DNA from: Peribolospora baueri
Lineage: Eukaryota
Assembly (NCBI GenBank): GCA_029717555.1
Contig: JAMDHS010000008.1
Location: 124,001-188,000, forward strand
Length of the DNA: 64,000 nt
Reading direction: 5' to 3'
Below the pieces are notes generated by a model. The model ran no database searches. It was not told where the DNA came from and worked only from the letters and a program-made list of their open reading frames with translations. Position numbers and translations under genes: made by a program. Below, one piece after another: positions 41,239 through 54,454 of the stretch. How positions within the stretch are numbered: the stretch's first letter is position 1; each line of letters starts with the position of its first letter.

Positions 41239-43296
41239 CTACTCCAATCTCGCCTTTTTCCTACCCTGCCCCGTTCTCCCACCCACCCCCGCTGCACCGC
41301 CACCGGCAGCACCGGAAGAAGGCAAGAGAGGGTGCTTCAAGTGCGCCGCCACGCTGCCCGTCCCCGCCGCTCCCACTCCCGCCCCGTCCCCTCCGCCCGC
41401 ACCGCCACCTGGGCCGCCCTGGGCGAGAGGATTGGCGGTCGGCGCGGCGCTTGGCATTTTCGGATCTGTCGAGTCGGCCGAGACGCGTCGGGCGGGGTAC
41501 GTGTTGGGCGCGAGGGTGGCGAAGGAGCTGGCAAGGCGACGAAGGGGATCAAGTCAGTTTCCAAGGATGAGGCGACGAAGCGGACGAACGCCCAGCCGAC
41601 ACTCACTTCATACTCGGCTTAGGCTCTTCACTCCACCAAGGGTGATCGAGCGCCTGAGCGGCGGTAACGCGTCGAGAAGGGTCGTACTCGAGGAGGGAGT
41701 ACATGAGGTCGTAGCCTTGTTGGGAGTGGGAGCGGGAGCGAGAGGCGTACCAAGATGCGAGGTTGTTTGCGTAGCTTGGAGGTTTGAAAGGACGAAAAGC
41801 AAAACGTTAAGCTTGGAACTTGCAATGGGCGAAACATGCGATGGGTACGCACTGATCAAAGCGGGACATGTTATGGTACTCTGGCATGGTATCGATCGTC
41901 GGCCATCGGTCCTCTTTTATCACCAGAAATCAGATCCATCGGTCAGCCGACGGTCGAAGGTGTGTGGTGTGGTGGTCAAGGACTCACTATCCGGCGTGCC
42001 AAGAAGCTCAAAGATCTTATTGAGCTGGTCGCGCTGGAACGGCACCGTCTTCTTACTGTCCATCTTGGCCTCTTCTCCTTTGAAAATCGGTCGGAGGGCT
42101 AGTAGCTCGCCGAAGATGCAGCCCACGGCCCAGAGGTCTGTGGGGAAGCCGGGCGAAAGGAGGGTCAAAGAAGAACAAAAGTGAAAAAGAAAGAAGCAGC
42201 TTCAGACGCTCACCGATGGCCGGTGTGTAGTGCCTAGCGCCCAAGAGCAGCTCCGGGGCGCGGTACCAGATGGTGACAACGACCTTGTCACCGTTGAAAA
42301 GCGGCTGGAGCGGTTTGTAGAAGAGCCGGGCGAGGCCGAGGTCGCCAATCTTGACCACGCCTTGAGCATTGACAAGAATGTTGGCCGGCTTGAGATCTCG
42401 ATGGAGGACCCAATTTTGGTGTAAATAGCTGACACCGTTAAGGAGCTGCCAAAGAAAGCTCTTGAGGGTGTGTTCGGCCAAGGGGGTGCGGAGGACGGAG
42501 GAGTGGTGGTGGATGATTTGCTGAGGATGGGGACGAGGTGCGGAAAAGGATGAGAGCGAGTGCGACGGGACGGGGAGCAAGCGACGACTAGAGAGATGGG
42601 TAGACGTAGGAGAGAAGGAAACGCACGAGAAAGTCGTGTTCGGCGTACTCAAAGACCATGTAGATGCTCTTATCCTCGAGCATGACCTCCCTCAGCGCCG
42701 TCACGTTGTCGTGCCTCAGTTCGCGGTTGAGCTGTCGAGCGGTCCGAGAGAAAAGAGTAGTTGCATAGGAGTGAGTGCGGGACGGCTATCTTCCTTCCTT
42801 CTTTTCTCTTCTCCGCGCCTCATGGACTCACGGAAATCTCCCTCATGGCACTCTGGGACACGCCGGTATATGTGGTCAGCTCGCCCTCCTTATCGGGTTT
42901 GAATTTTTTGATCGCAAACACTTCTCCCTGTTGCGAGGACGAGGCTACGGGCGTAGAGGGCTTTGTCGAGGCTGCGCGGTTGGCGGAGGCGGACAGGTTG
43001 GCGGACTTGGCGGAGGCGGACGCCAGGGCAAGGCGGGCGGAGAGGGATAGGGATGGGCCGTCGGAGGGATGGAAAGGAGGAGGAGGGGTGCGCAGCCTGG
43101 CCTTGTAGACGCGGCCGTAAGTGCCGCTGGAGATGAAGCCTAGGATGGCGTATTGGGCGAGGACGGGCTTGCGCTGGGCGTCGCGTGCGGCTCGGTAGCG
43201 GCGCATGGGGTCGTGCACGGTGGTGGCGGCGGCGGCGGCCGTTGCAGTTGCCGTTGCCGTTGCCGTGGCGGTTGCGGTCGCCGCTGCGGAGGACAT
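41239..43296 (-). CDS. SSN3: Mediator kinase Cdk8/Ssn3/Srb10
   Basis: [81 protein letters not shown]; alternative in-frame ATGs at 43422 and 43206. Confidence 0.96.
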
Positions 43297-43836
43297 AGCG
43301 AGGGAATGGAGGAGCCGGGATGGATGGAGGAGGTGATGATGGAGAAGAGGATGGTGGACGGCCATCTGTGCGTCGGCAGTGTCCTTCCTCGTCCGACCGG
43401 CGGCCGTGTCCGTGTCGGACATGATATGACGATGTCCTCGCCGTCGTCGTCTTCCTGGCGCCTCCACCGTCTGGGCTGGGAGGCGTCGAGCGTCGATGCT
43501 CCGAGCACCTCTTCGGTCCTGTCTATGTCAACAGCTTTGAGCAGCCCCGGTCCCGTTCCGTCTCGTCCTATCTCGTCTTCCAGCCGTGCTCGCGCGCGCT
43601 TGGATGGCGACGTCGAGGGCCGACCGACGCAGGCCGCGGGCGACGGCGAAGAGAGCCAGGCGGGCGATCGGGCCCAGTTGTAATCTCGCCGCGTCGCAAT
43701 ACAACCCAAATACAACCCGGTTCTAATCGATGATCGGCGATCGACCTCGTTCGTCTGTGCGACCGTCGGACGATATCATCGTTAACGCTCAACGCTCTCT
43801 TGACCGTCCTCCTTCCCATCCTTCCTCCTCCCCTCC

Positions 43837-44533
43837 ATGCTCGCCGCCGCCTTGCGCACCCCGCTCGCCCTCGCTCTCAGTAGCACCCGACCGCACACGT
43901 CGTCACAGATCCCCTCTTTCGCAGCCATGACCACCGCGACCGCCACGGCCGCTCTCCAGCCAGACCACCCCGTCCTCGTCCTCACCACCACCCCGTCCGA
44001 CGGCGACGTTGCCGAGAAGCTCGCAAGCGGATTGCGTGAGCGTCGAGGAGAGCCGAGGAGCGTGCGTCGCGGTCGAGGCTGGCCTGACCTCGCTTGGCTT
44101 TTGGACCATCGCTACTCCCCATCAGTCGATCGAAACCTCATAGCGTGCGCCAACATTGTTCCGAAGATCAAGTCCATGTGAGTCGCTCGCGATTTTTGCC
44201 GATCGGCCGCCCTCTTCAAGTCATGTCTTGTCTTGTCGTGTCGTGTCAAGGTACCGCTGGAAAGGCTCCGTCTGCACCGACTCGGAAGCGCTGATGCTGT
44301 GCAAGACGCAGCACATCCACCTCGCCGCCTTGATCGAGCACGTCAACGCAAACCACCCCTATGACGAGCCCGAGGTCGTCGAGGTCAAGGTGGGTGTCTG
44401 TCTGTTTGTCTGTCTATCCGAGGGATTATGGATCATGAAACATTCCGTTCCTCCTTTGATTCCCGCACAGATCGACGGAGGATCCAAGTCGTACCTCGAC
44501 TGGGTGCGAGATTGTACCGGCGGGACCGCATGA
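43837..44533 (+). CDS. cutA: CutA1 divalent-cation tolerance family protein
   Basis: Spliced: VLTTTPSDGDVAEKLASGLLDRNLIACANIVPKIKSMYRWKGSVCTDSEALMLCKT...NHPYDEPEVVEVKIDGGSKSYLDWV; 3 introns. Confidence 0.9.
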
Positions 44534-44644
44534 TATCCCGTCCCCCGTCCGCACCTTTGTTGCAACTCGTACACATTCAAAAGGGACCACGTGCTTCCGT
44601 CCGTCCTCCGTCCGTCCACAACCCATCATCCCCCGCCTTCTATT

Positions 44645-46676
44645 TCACGCAGGAGGATAGAAGAGAGCGTAGAGCACCTCGCTCACTGCGCCCCACACCA
44701 CGCAGTAGCTCACCCAAACCCTTCCCCAGAGCTCTCGCTTCCTCATTTCCGTCTCCTCCCGCGCCAACCGTGACGACGACGACGGCCGAGGGCGAGCCTT
44801 TCTCCCACGCTCGTCTCCCTCCTCTCCATCCCCATCTCCACCAAGAACCAACCAGCCAGCAAACCAAAACAGCACGGGCATAGCGCTGGCAAAGCGCAAC
44901 GCGATCTGCACGTGCGACACGAAGAGCAAGAGCAGTAGGAGGATGGTGGAGAGGTGAACGTGTGGGACGAGGTGCGGGTTGGCGAGGAAGCCTTGTCGTC
45001 GGTTTCTCATCGATCCACGACCGCCGTCCTCCTCCTCTGACGACGTCCGTCCAGAATGGGACGAGGCAGATGGTGGGCGGCCGAAGAAGAAGAAGACAGG
45101 TCCGAGGCTGGTCCTCAGCGTCCTCTCCCACCCTAACGAACGGTAGTATGTCCAGCTGGCCGCGAAGCCCAACGCCAGCACCGGCGCGGCGAGGAGAAAG
45201 TTGGGAGACTGGGAGAACGTCCAATAGGAGAGGGGCCGGACGTTCCTGATTTTGCCCCGCGTATCGTTCGGGTCGAAGTGAAGTGGACGACGTGAGAGGG
45301 GCGACAAAGTCGTTCGAAGAACGAAGAAAGGACCGAGAGAGCGACGCTCACCAGTAATGCCCCTGCACCCAACCGTAACTTCCCGTCCATCGCTCGCACC
45401 AGGGCCTAGGAAACGCGCCATCCGTCGCGTCGCCTCGGACGTGGCAGAAGCGGTGAAAGGCAAAGACTTGGAAGAGAACGAATGGAGAGGCGGTGATGAG
45501 AGAGAGGAGAGCGGCAGAGAGGAGACGGAGGGGAAGTGACGACGGCTGGCGAGAGCATACGACGGGGCCAGGTCCCATGTTGGAGGGTCGAAAACAGGTT
45601 AAAGCCACGACTGACGCTCTGGAAATCGTCCAGACCACCTTACTCACCCAAGACGACCGACCGTCCAGCCCGCCGCCGTTCGTTTTCCAAACAAGCTCCC
45701 ACCAAAAAAACCCAGAGCAAAGAATGCCATTGCTCCTAAACGCCGTGGCAAGAGCGAACACGACGGCGGCCGCCGTGTACGAGAAAAAGGAGACACTCCA
45801 ATGACGGCGCCCGTCGTGGTGGTCGGAAGCGGTAAGGAGGAGCATTCCCAGAAGGACGAAGAGGGCGAAAAAGGGCTCTGTGAATGGTACTGTAAGCGTG
45901 GATGGGGAAGGAGGCACGAGGTAGAGGAGCGTGGAGAGGAGCGCATGACGGGGTGGGAGGTAGTGAGAAGACAGTCTGAGTGGAGTTGCACGTATGAAAG
46001 GAGGAAAGCGATGAGTAACTACGAAGGGAGGAGAAAATTCGCATGAAAACGACGGCCTTCCTCACCGATAGAACACCATCGCAGTTGCCACGGCGGCGCC
46101 ATTGGCTAGAACAGCGCCGCCCCAAAGCGCTCTCTCGGCGCTCCATCCAATCTCGTCCGCCCCTCTCGGCCACCCCACCCAATACCACCCACAGAGCCTG
46201 AGCAAAGCCGGCGAGCCGGGCATGAAGGCCAGCTCTTGCTCCCACACGTACCCCTCGGCGGCGATGTGAAGAAAATAGACGGCGTCCCAGCGGAGGAAGA
46301 CTTCTGACGCGCGTGTAGAAAACGGGGCCTCAGAGAATGACAAGGAAGAAGGGAGAGAAAAGAGAAGACTGGAAGAGACGTCGAAGCTGGGTAAGAGGCG
46401 GTGAGAGAGGAGGAGGAGGGAGAGGCAGAGCAGGCGAGAGATCGTCGCTACGGCGAGGATGAGGAGCGCAGGCTGACGAGCCGAGAGGAAGCCTCCTCCT
46501 CTTCTACTGGCGCCGCCGTCGGAGCTGCTTCGATGTCCATCATCGACGCCGGATGTGGCTCGCTCAGGAGACTTCCTCTGCCCTAGGGCCGAGCACGAGC
46601 TAGAGGCATCGGTCGCTCTTGGGCTTGGGTTTTGGCCTCGACGCTGCAGCACCGACGGCTGCGACGCCTTGCTCAT
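44645..46676 (-). CDS. GPI18: GPI mannosyltransferase II (PIG-V / Gpi18)
   Basis: FLRWDAVYFLHIAAEGYVWEQELAFMPG, PFTEPFFA, FRSNG, YGWVQGHYWNV, PNFLLA, SHVQIALRFAS..PVLFW, FYPPA end. Confidence 0.93.
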
Positions 46677-49008
46677 CCTGACTTCAAGGGGCCGCCCGGT
46701 CCAGGGAGGCCGAGTCCAGCGAGCCGTGTCCGATGCAGTGGACGAACGACTCGCCGCGACTCGACGTCGTCTTCCAACTGGACGCGCACGGACGAAAGCC
46801 CAAGCAGTCTCCGCCCACGTGGCATCAGACGCCGCAGCACTCTCGCCTCGCCCAAGTACGATGGTGAAGCCGACGAGTAATAGGAAGTACCTCCCCCGGT
46901 CACTCCACCTTGGCCGCGATTTCCCCTTTGACGTGGGGTGTCGTTGGTAGGTGTGTGCCTTGCCCTGGATCGGCGCGGCTCGATTGGGTCAGGACGTTGC
47001 AAGTCCTTAAGCGGTGAGGTAGCTCAGGGCTCCGTAGTATGAGTTGTAGGCCGGATTACCGAGTTCCTCTACCGAGCCGTCCAGGGTGAGGCCGAGGAGA
47101 ACCACCGCCGTAGGTTTGGGTGGCAGACGTGACTATCCATCTGAACGCTGACTGCCGGTGATGGAACGGTCGGATGCTAGCAGAGCGTTGGTAAAGGCGA
47201 GCATAGTAACGGTGGCGCGAGTCATGTAGCTCACTCACACGACTTGAAAGCCTTGTCCACCTGAGAGTGAAGAGCTGTGCACCCATAACGCTTTCATGTC
47301 TGCCGGACTTGGATGTATGAATCCCAGCAGGTTCATTCCCTCGTTTAGAAGTCACCAGAGCCTCATCCGATGAGGCTCTCGCCAAATTGACACGCTCGCC
47401 GATCAAGAAGATTAAAGATTGTTCCGCCGGAGAGCGCTCTCCAGCTTCGTGCGAGGACAAAGGCCAGCAAGCGCCCTCGATGGCAGTAATGCCGGCGCTG
47501 ACGCCTGGAACAGCGTGTATCTACGGAAAAGAAAGTACATAGCAGAGGGCTGTGTAGCCAGCAACCCAGTCGTAGCAAGCAGGACGCCGAAATTGCGTGC
47601 ACCGTGCTGTGCTGGAGCGCAAGCCCGATACAAGCAGGCTCGGGGCCGCCAATCTCGACGTGCTGCTTCCTTTTTCCTGCTGCTCGTCTTCGATCTTACT
47701 CTAACTTCGTCGGATTCCCTCTCCTAACCTGCTCGTCGGTGTCGTGAGTCTCCCCACCCGGCCCGCTTCCTGCCCAAACTGCTCCCCCACGTCTCAGCTG
47801 GACCGTCTTGGTGGTCACACCGAGTCGCCTCCCGCGACCTTTGGTGGCGAGACCGCGAGTCGCAAAGTGAGTATCGAGCGGCTCTCTCTCCAAAGTATTA
47901 TAAAGCAACGGATTGAAAGCAAAGGTCTATATAAAGTGCCCGGCGCTCTGGCACATGCACGCTCGGTACAAGTGGTGGGCCGTGGATGCGAAGAGGGAGG
48001 AACGCTCGAAAGCGACGCGTCTGCTCGCGACGTTGTTTGGCAAGTCACGCATCCTGCACTGTCGTCGAGCTTCTTGGAGATGTGTTGGAGAGTGATATGA
48101 CGAGAAGGAGGTGACCACCATCTCTCCACTCTCAGCCTCTGTCTTTTCTCTGTTCAGTCGCCCCTGTCTTTTCTCTGTTTACTCCCCCTCCGTCTCTTCA
48201 CACGGCGCGCGGCGCTGCCCTTTCGTCCTCTCGTATATTTAAGTCTCCCCTGCTTTCGAAACGGACGGCACACACGCCTTCCTGTTTTTGGTTGTCGCTT
48301 GTGGCACATTTATATCGCCGCATGCTTACTTCGGTCTCGACGGTTGAGACCAGTCTTCCCGCAGGAATCCTCCACCCACTCTGCGGAGCATCGAGCTTCA
48401 TCGCCACCGCAACCTCTTTCTGAACAACTGCTCGATAACATCAGTCCCACGTCGCGCCTGGCGGTTCAGAGTGGTCTCCGTCAGAAGCTCCAGGAGCAAA
48501 ACAAGTTGCGCAGTCCACTTGCAATCCATTCAAGAGCAGTCGGACCACGGCAAGAGTGCTCCTCGTCGGCAAAAAGTGAACGTAGTCTGCCGGTTGACAC
48601 TGTCTTCTCTCTTTTGGGACCTCCTCGCCGCCCCCTCCAGAAGTCGGCCCCGGCGGCCCTTTTCCTTTGCCGCTTCCCCAACGGCGTTTGCCTTTCGTTC
48701 CGCACCGCCCGCTGCTAGACAAGAGGACGGAGGACAGACACATATCGGGTGATCAGACAGAGTGTAGACTCTGGCCTTTCCTCCTGCGGTCCAAGCTACG
48801 GGTCCGAGGCCCCCCCCAGGGATATTTTCGGGCCTCCTCCTCGCCCTTCCCTCGAGTCGTCCCAACACCCGCCTCTATATTTGGTAATCCATGACAGAGA
48901 GCTCCTTCGTGGGAGGACGTGAATGGGCAGGGGGTTGCGCTCGTTCCTTTAACTCAGACAGCACCTGTCACACGCAACGCGCAAGCCCGTCCGCCAACGC
49001 CCAGGGGC

Positions 49009-49599
49009 ATGTTCGATGCGATAAGGCAGCCTCCTTATGAGGCTGAGGCCGGTGAGGGGCAGCGGTATCCTCAATCTCGTCCTCCCGAGGCGTTTCCTCG
49101 CTCGGGCGAGAGCTCTGGCATAGGCCGGGAGACCATGAATACCTCGCCACGAGGCAGGACAATGGCGCCAAGTGCTGCGAACAACGTCTCCTATCTCGAC
49201 CACAAACGTCTCAAGAATGCAGAGCACAGCAAACGTGCTCGCGCGAATCGGTGTGAAAGGGAAGCGGCACAGAAGCGCAGAATTCACGAGCTAGAGCTGG
49301 AACGGGGTATAATACAAGCTGAGAGCAGGCAATGGCAACTCGAGGCCGAACGGGCCTATGCAGAGGTGGGTGGCTTGGATTTCCCTTCGTGGTCGGGGCG
49401 ATGGTAGTGATCTCTGGCTCTCGCTTAACTCGCCCAGTTTGCGGCGGGGTACAGCCAGAACGACCCGAACCACGGAAGGCTGCCGGGGTATACGCCAGGA
49501 GCCCACAGCAACCCTCCTCACGTCCTCTTGGCGACACAGGGTCACCTTCTTCGGGCGGGTTCATCTCTGATGCTTTCTCCTTGGCGGCACTTTCCTTAG
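49009..49599 (+). CDS. Putative small divergent bZIP-like protein
   Basis: DHKRLKNAEHSKRARANRCEREAAQKRRIHELELERGIIQAESRQWQLEAER resembles a basic region + zipper; probable intron 49366-49437 (unspliced stop at 49407). Confidence 0.55.
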
Positions 49600-50239
49600 C
49601 CCTAGGTCAAGCCATAGCGTGAACCTCTCGCAAGCCTACCAGTACTCTCACCACCGCATCTTGCATCGCTACCTTTTTCGTTGTCTCCAATGCTCTTCAA
49701 TTCGCCCAAGCTCTTCGATCACAACTCTCTCTACAATCTCCTCTCCTGGCTTCCTGTCGGTTCCCCTCTTGTGATGTCGTTCCAATAAAAGCGAATTTAC
49801 CCAAAGAGACCGTCCGCGCACAAAAGACGGGGGCGAACGACGGGGGCGACTGCGACCGTGTGGCAAGCGTGACGTACAAGGAACTACGGTCCAAGTGGGA
49901 AAGAAAACGAAATTAGAGTCCAAGTTGGAAAGAACGAGAATAAACGTCGATGGACGGATAAGTTCTATGTATGGTCCAAAAGGTCAAGAGAAGCGATGGA
50001 AGCAAAGCGGTATAGGTATCCAACTCGATCTGAGCCGACGACGTAGCGGGGAACATCCTTCATCCATCCATCCTTCCACCCTTCCTTCCTTCTTCCCACA
50101 CATCTACCCGACGCACCGAGAAGCAGTCAAAGTTTATTGATCCGGACGTCGAGTGGCGCTGTAAAGGGCGCGGGGCACCCACCTCGGTGGCCCGCCAAGA
50201 GCGCCACCGAAGACCGAACGCTGAAACGACGACGTCACG

Positions 50240-51438
<1,199 letters not shown>

Positions 51439-51739
51439 GATGTGATACGGGGCGCAGAGAGGAAAAGGGCGTGGAGGAAGAGGGAGGGCGGACGAGGTAG
51501 TCGACGATGATGAGCAGCCTTTCTCACCTTGTCGTTCTTGCCGTCGTGGAGCATGATCAATGCGCACCCGGGGCGGGCGAGATTTGAAATGTCGTTTCAA
51601 ACCAGACGAATACAAAACCTTACCGCGCCGTTCGCTCTCAGGCGCCGCAGTCACGAAGAAAAGCGCGACTGGCCCTGGTCAGCGTCGTCGTCGACACTTC
51701 CGGTGGACCGACGTCCCCCCTTCTCCACGCCCAACCACC

Positions 51740-53198
51740 ATGGCGACAGAATCTTGGGTGGGTACGCCTTCGGGTCGCCGTCTCGACTCCTCTTTATCCA
51801 TTTGGGTTACGTGAGCGAGCTGATTCGATGGATGTGTTGTCCCCAGTCCCAGCCGGCATTCCGGCCACCACAGATCGAGCACCTCATCTCCGGTGTCGGT
51901 GAGCGTCCCCCTGGCCTTTTCCTTCTCGCCCCAATGGCGTCGCACTCAGCGGGCTCCTTGCTCACCCGCATTTTCTCCTGCTTGGTGCAGATCGATACAA
52001 CCCTCAAAACCTCGATTTCTTCGAGGCTTATCTCGTCCACCAGCTCCAGACTGGGACGTACGACTGCCTCGCCAACCTGGCCATTCTGAAACTGTGAGTC
52101 CGACGGCGCCGCTCCTGATCATACGCCCATATTTTTGCGAGAAAGACAAGGCGGTGAAGGGGTGGAGATGATGAATTACATAATTACCGATCGTTCCTAC
52201 CGACGACAGCGGGAATACGCACCCGCTGCCGAACGACGAGGACGTTATTAGCTCTACCTGATCCTCCTCCTTTCACCCACCCTTGACATTTTTGCTTCCT
52301 TTACCGTCGTTCGCTGTTGTAAAGAGATGCGCTGACAGTACGCACGTCTCATTTGGCCGGATGTCGTTTCGCTCCTTCAGGTACCAGTTCAACCCGTCCG
52401 AGTACAACTACAACGTCGTGGTTAACGTTCTCGTCAAAGCTCTCACCTCGGCCCCTCAGCCTGACTTCAGCCTTTGCCTCGCTCTGCTCGGCGAGTCTCC
52501 CGTTCCGGTTCCTGTCGACCCCGACAATGCTCCGACGACGGTCTTTCCCTCCCAAGACCCGCTCATTAACCGACTCAACGACCTCTCCGTTCTCCTCAAC
52601 CGCTGCAAGTTCCCTCTCTTTTGGGAAACCATCTCCAGCGATGAGTACGCCGACGTGCGGCAGTTCACCGATGAACACGCCGGGTTCGACGACGCAATCA
52701 GGCAGGTCGTCTTGCGCAGCGTCGGCACGGCGTTCAGGAGTATCTCCATCGACCGCTTCGGTCGATACTTGAACTTGAGCGGTGAGCCGCCCCTTTCCTG
52801 CTTGTCCAGCTGCTTCCCTCCGGAGATGCATGGTTGAAAGCGATGTCGGACTAAACCGAAAAAACTCGTTGGCGTTTTCCCCCCTTTTCTCGGCATCCCT
52901 TTTGACTCGTCTTTTCACGCCAGGCGACGCCGTCAAGTCCTACGTGGAAGAGCGAGGCTGGAAGGTGGAGGGAAGCAAGGTCACCGTGCCGGCCAACGCC
53001 GATAACGAGATCAAGGCTACTGTCATCCGCGAGGATTTGCAGCTTGACCGTGAGTCCTCCATCTTTCTTTGCTCTTGCCGCTGGCATGCTGGCATGGCCC
53101 GTGAGCATGAATGACTTGCGGGACAAATCGCTCACAGGGCTCGCCCGTCCCTCCTTTCAGAGCTCACCAAGTTCCTGGCTCAGGCACAGACGGCGTGA
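51740..53198 (+). CDS. Translation initiation factor eIF3 subunit K
   Basis: RPPQIEHLISGVDRYNPQN...YDCLANLAILKLYQFNP...LVKALTSAPQPDFSLCLALL; DNEIKATVIRE. Confidence 0.93.
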
Positions 53199-54454
53199 CG
53201 GACTTCTATACCTTGCTTTTACTGTACCTCCTCCCCCTGGTCCTCGGACACACGGTTCTCCGGCACCTTTCATGTGATCTCGCAATGTGTACTTTTGCCC
53301 CTGGTCAAGAAGAATCGAACGATCTGACAAAACCTTGTGTGAAGACCGGCCCCATTCATGCGGAAGTTTGCGAGAGCGAACTCTTCGACGGGAAGGGAGT
53401 GCAAGTCTCAGCGCGGACCATGTTGTTCTTTTACCGCTTGTTTGGTTCGACTTTTTCTTTTTTACACACGGACCTCGTCGTACTGCTTCCGTTTCTTGGG
53501 AACTGACGTCTAGCATGTTCTGAATCTGATCGTGACGTGACTGGATGGAGGGCGGAAGGTGATAAGGTGGGGAAAACGGTTTTGGGGTGCGCGTGTTCGG
53601 GGAGTGAATAGGGGGAGTTGGGTGGGGGTGCAGCTTCGCATGCGAGATGGATGGAGAACGATGGAGGGGCGAGCGAGCGAGCGAGCGGGCGAGGCGGGGG
53701 ATGATGAGGTGAGGCGAGGTGGTGGGAGGGAGGAAGGGGCCATAAGTTGACATGACATGACAGGCATGGAGAGGCGTGAGGAGAGGCAGTACATGATGGG
53801 GGGAGGGATGGGATCGGATGGGAGCTTGCGAAAAGGGAGGTGAGCGTGGAAGGAAGGAAGGATGGAAGGAGGGACGAGGAGAAAAAGCCACGGCGCGAAC
53901 GTTTCTGCGCAATGAAGGCGCTGAAAACGAGGAGCGACGACGGCGGGCGCGATCGAGGCGAAGACAGGAGGAGAACGGAGCTGGCTTACATGCGAAAAGA
54001 TGAGACGGAAAGGAGGCAAAAGGGGGGAAGGGAAGACGGAAAGTGAAAGAGATGCTAGCAAGGGTATTGGTCCGTTGACGATTGTAACAATAGGGTGCTC
54101 CTTTAGAGCAATTTTGGACTCGAGATGGGGGTAGGGACGGCCGAAACCGAACCGAACCAAGGCCGCGTCTCGGTCTAAGGGGGGTCGGAGGGGGGTTTCA
54201 AAGTGCAAACGAACAGGGTGAGGGAAACCAGGAAAAGGGAGGGAGACATGAAAAAAACGTTGCTGGACCGGGGGTGAGATTCTCAACGGACGGATTGGGT
54301 TGGGATGAGGGCGTGAGAACGAACCAATGACCCAATGCTATTACGAAGCGAAACGACGTCAAAGGCTATCACAAGAAGGGAGAGGGACGACGGCGAAAGA
54401 AAGGATGCGCGTCGAAGGAGGAAAAAAAACTCGCCAACGAGGCGGCGACGGCGC

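Noticed and set aside
53200..54450. 250-aa minus-strand ORFs and a purine-skewed stretch
   Set aside because: Low-complexity pyrimidine-rich 3' UTR of importin alpha; Pro/Ser/Leu-biased pseudo-ORFs
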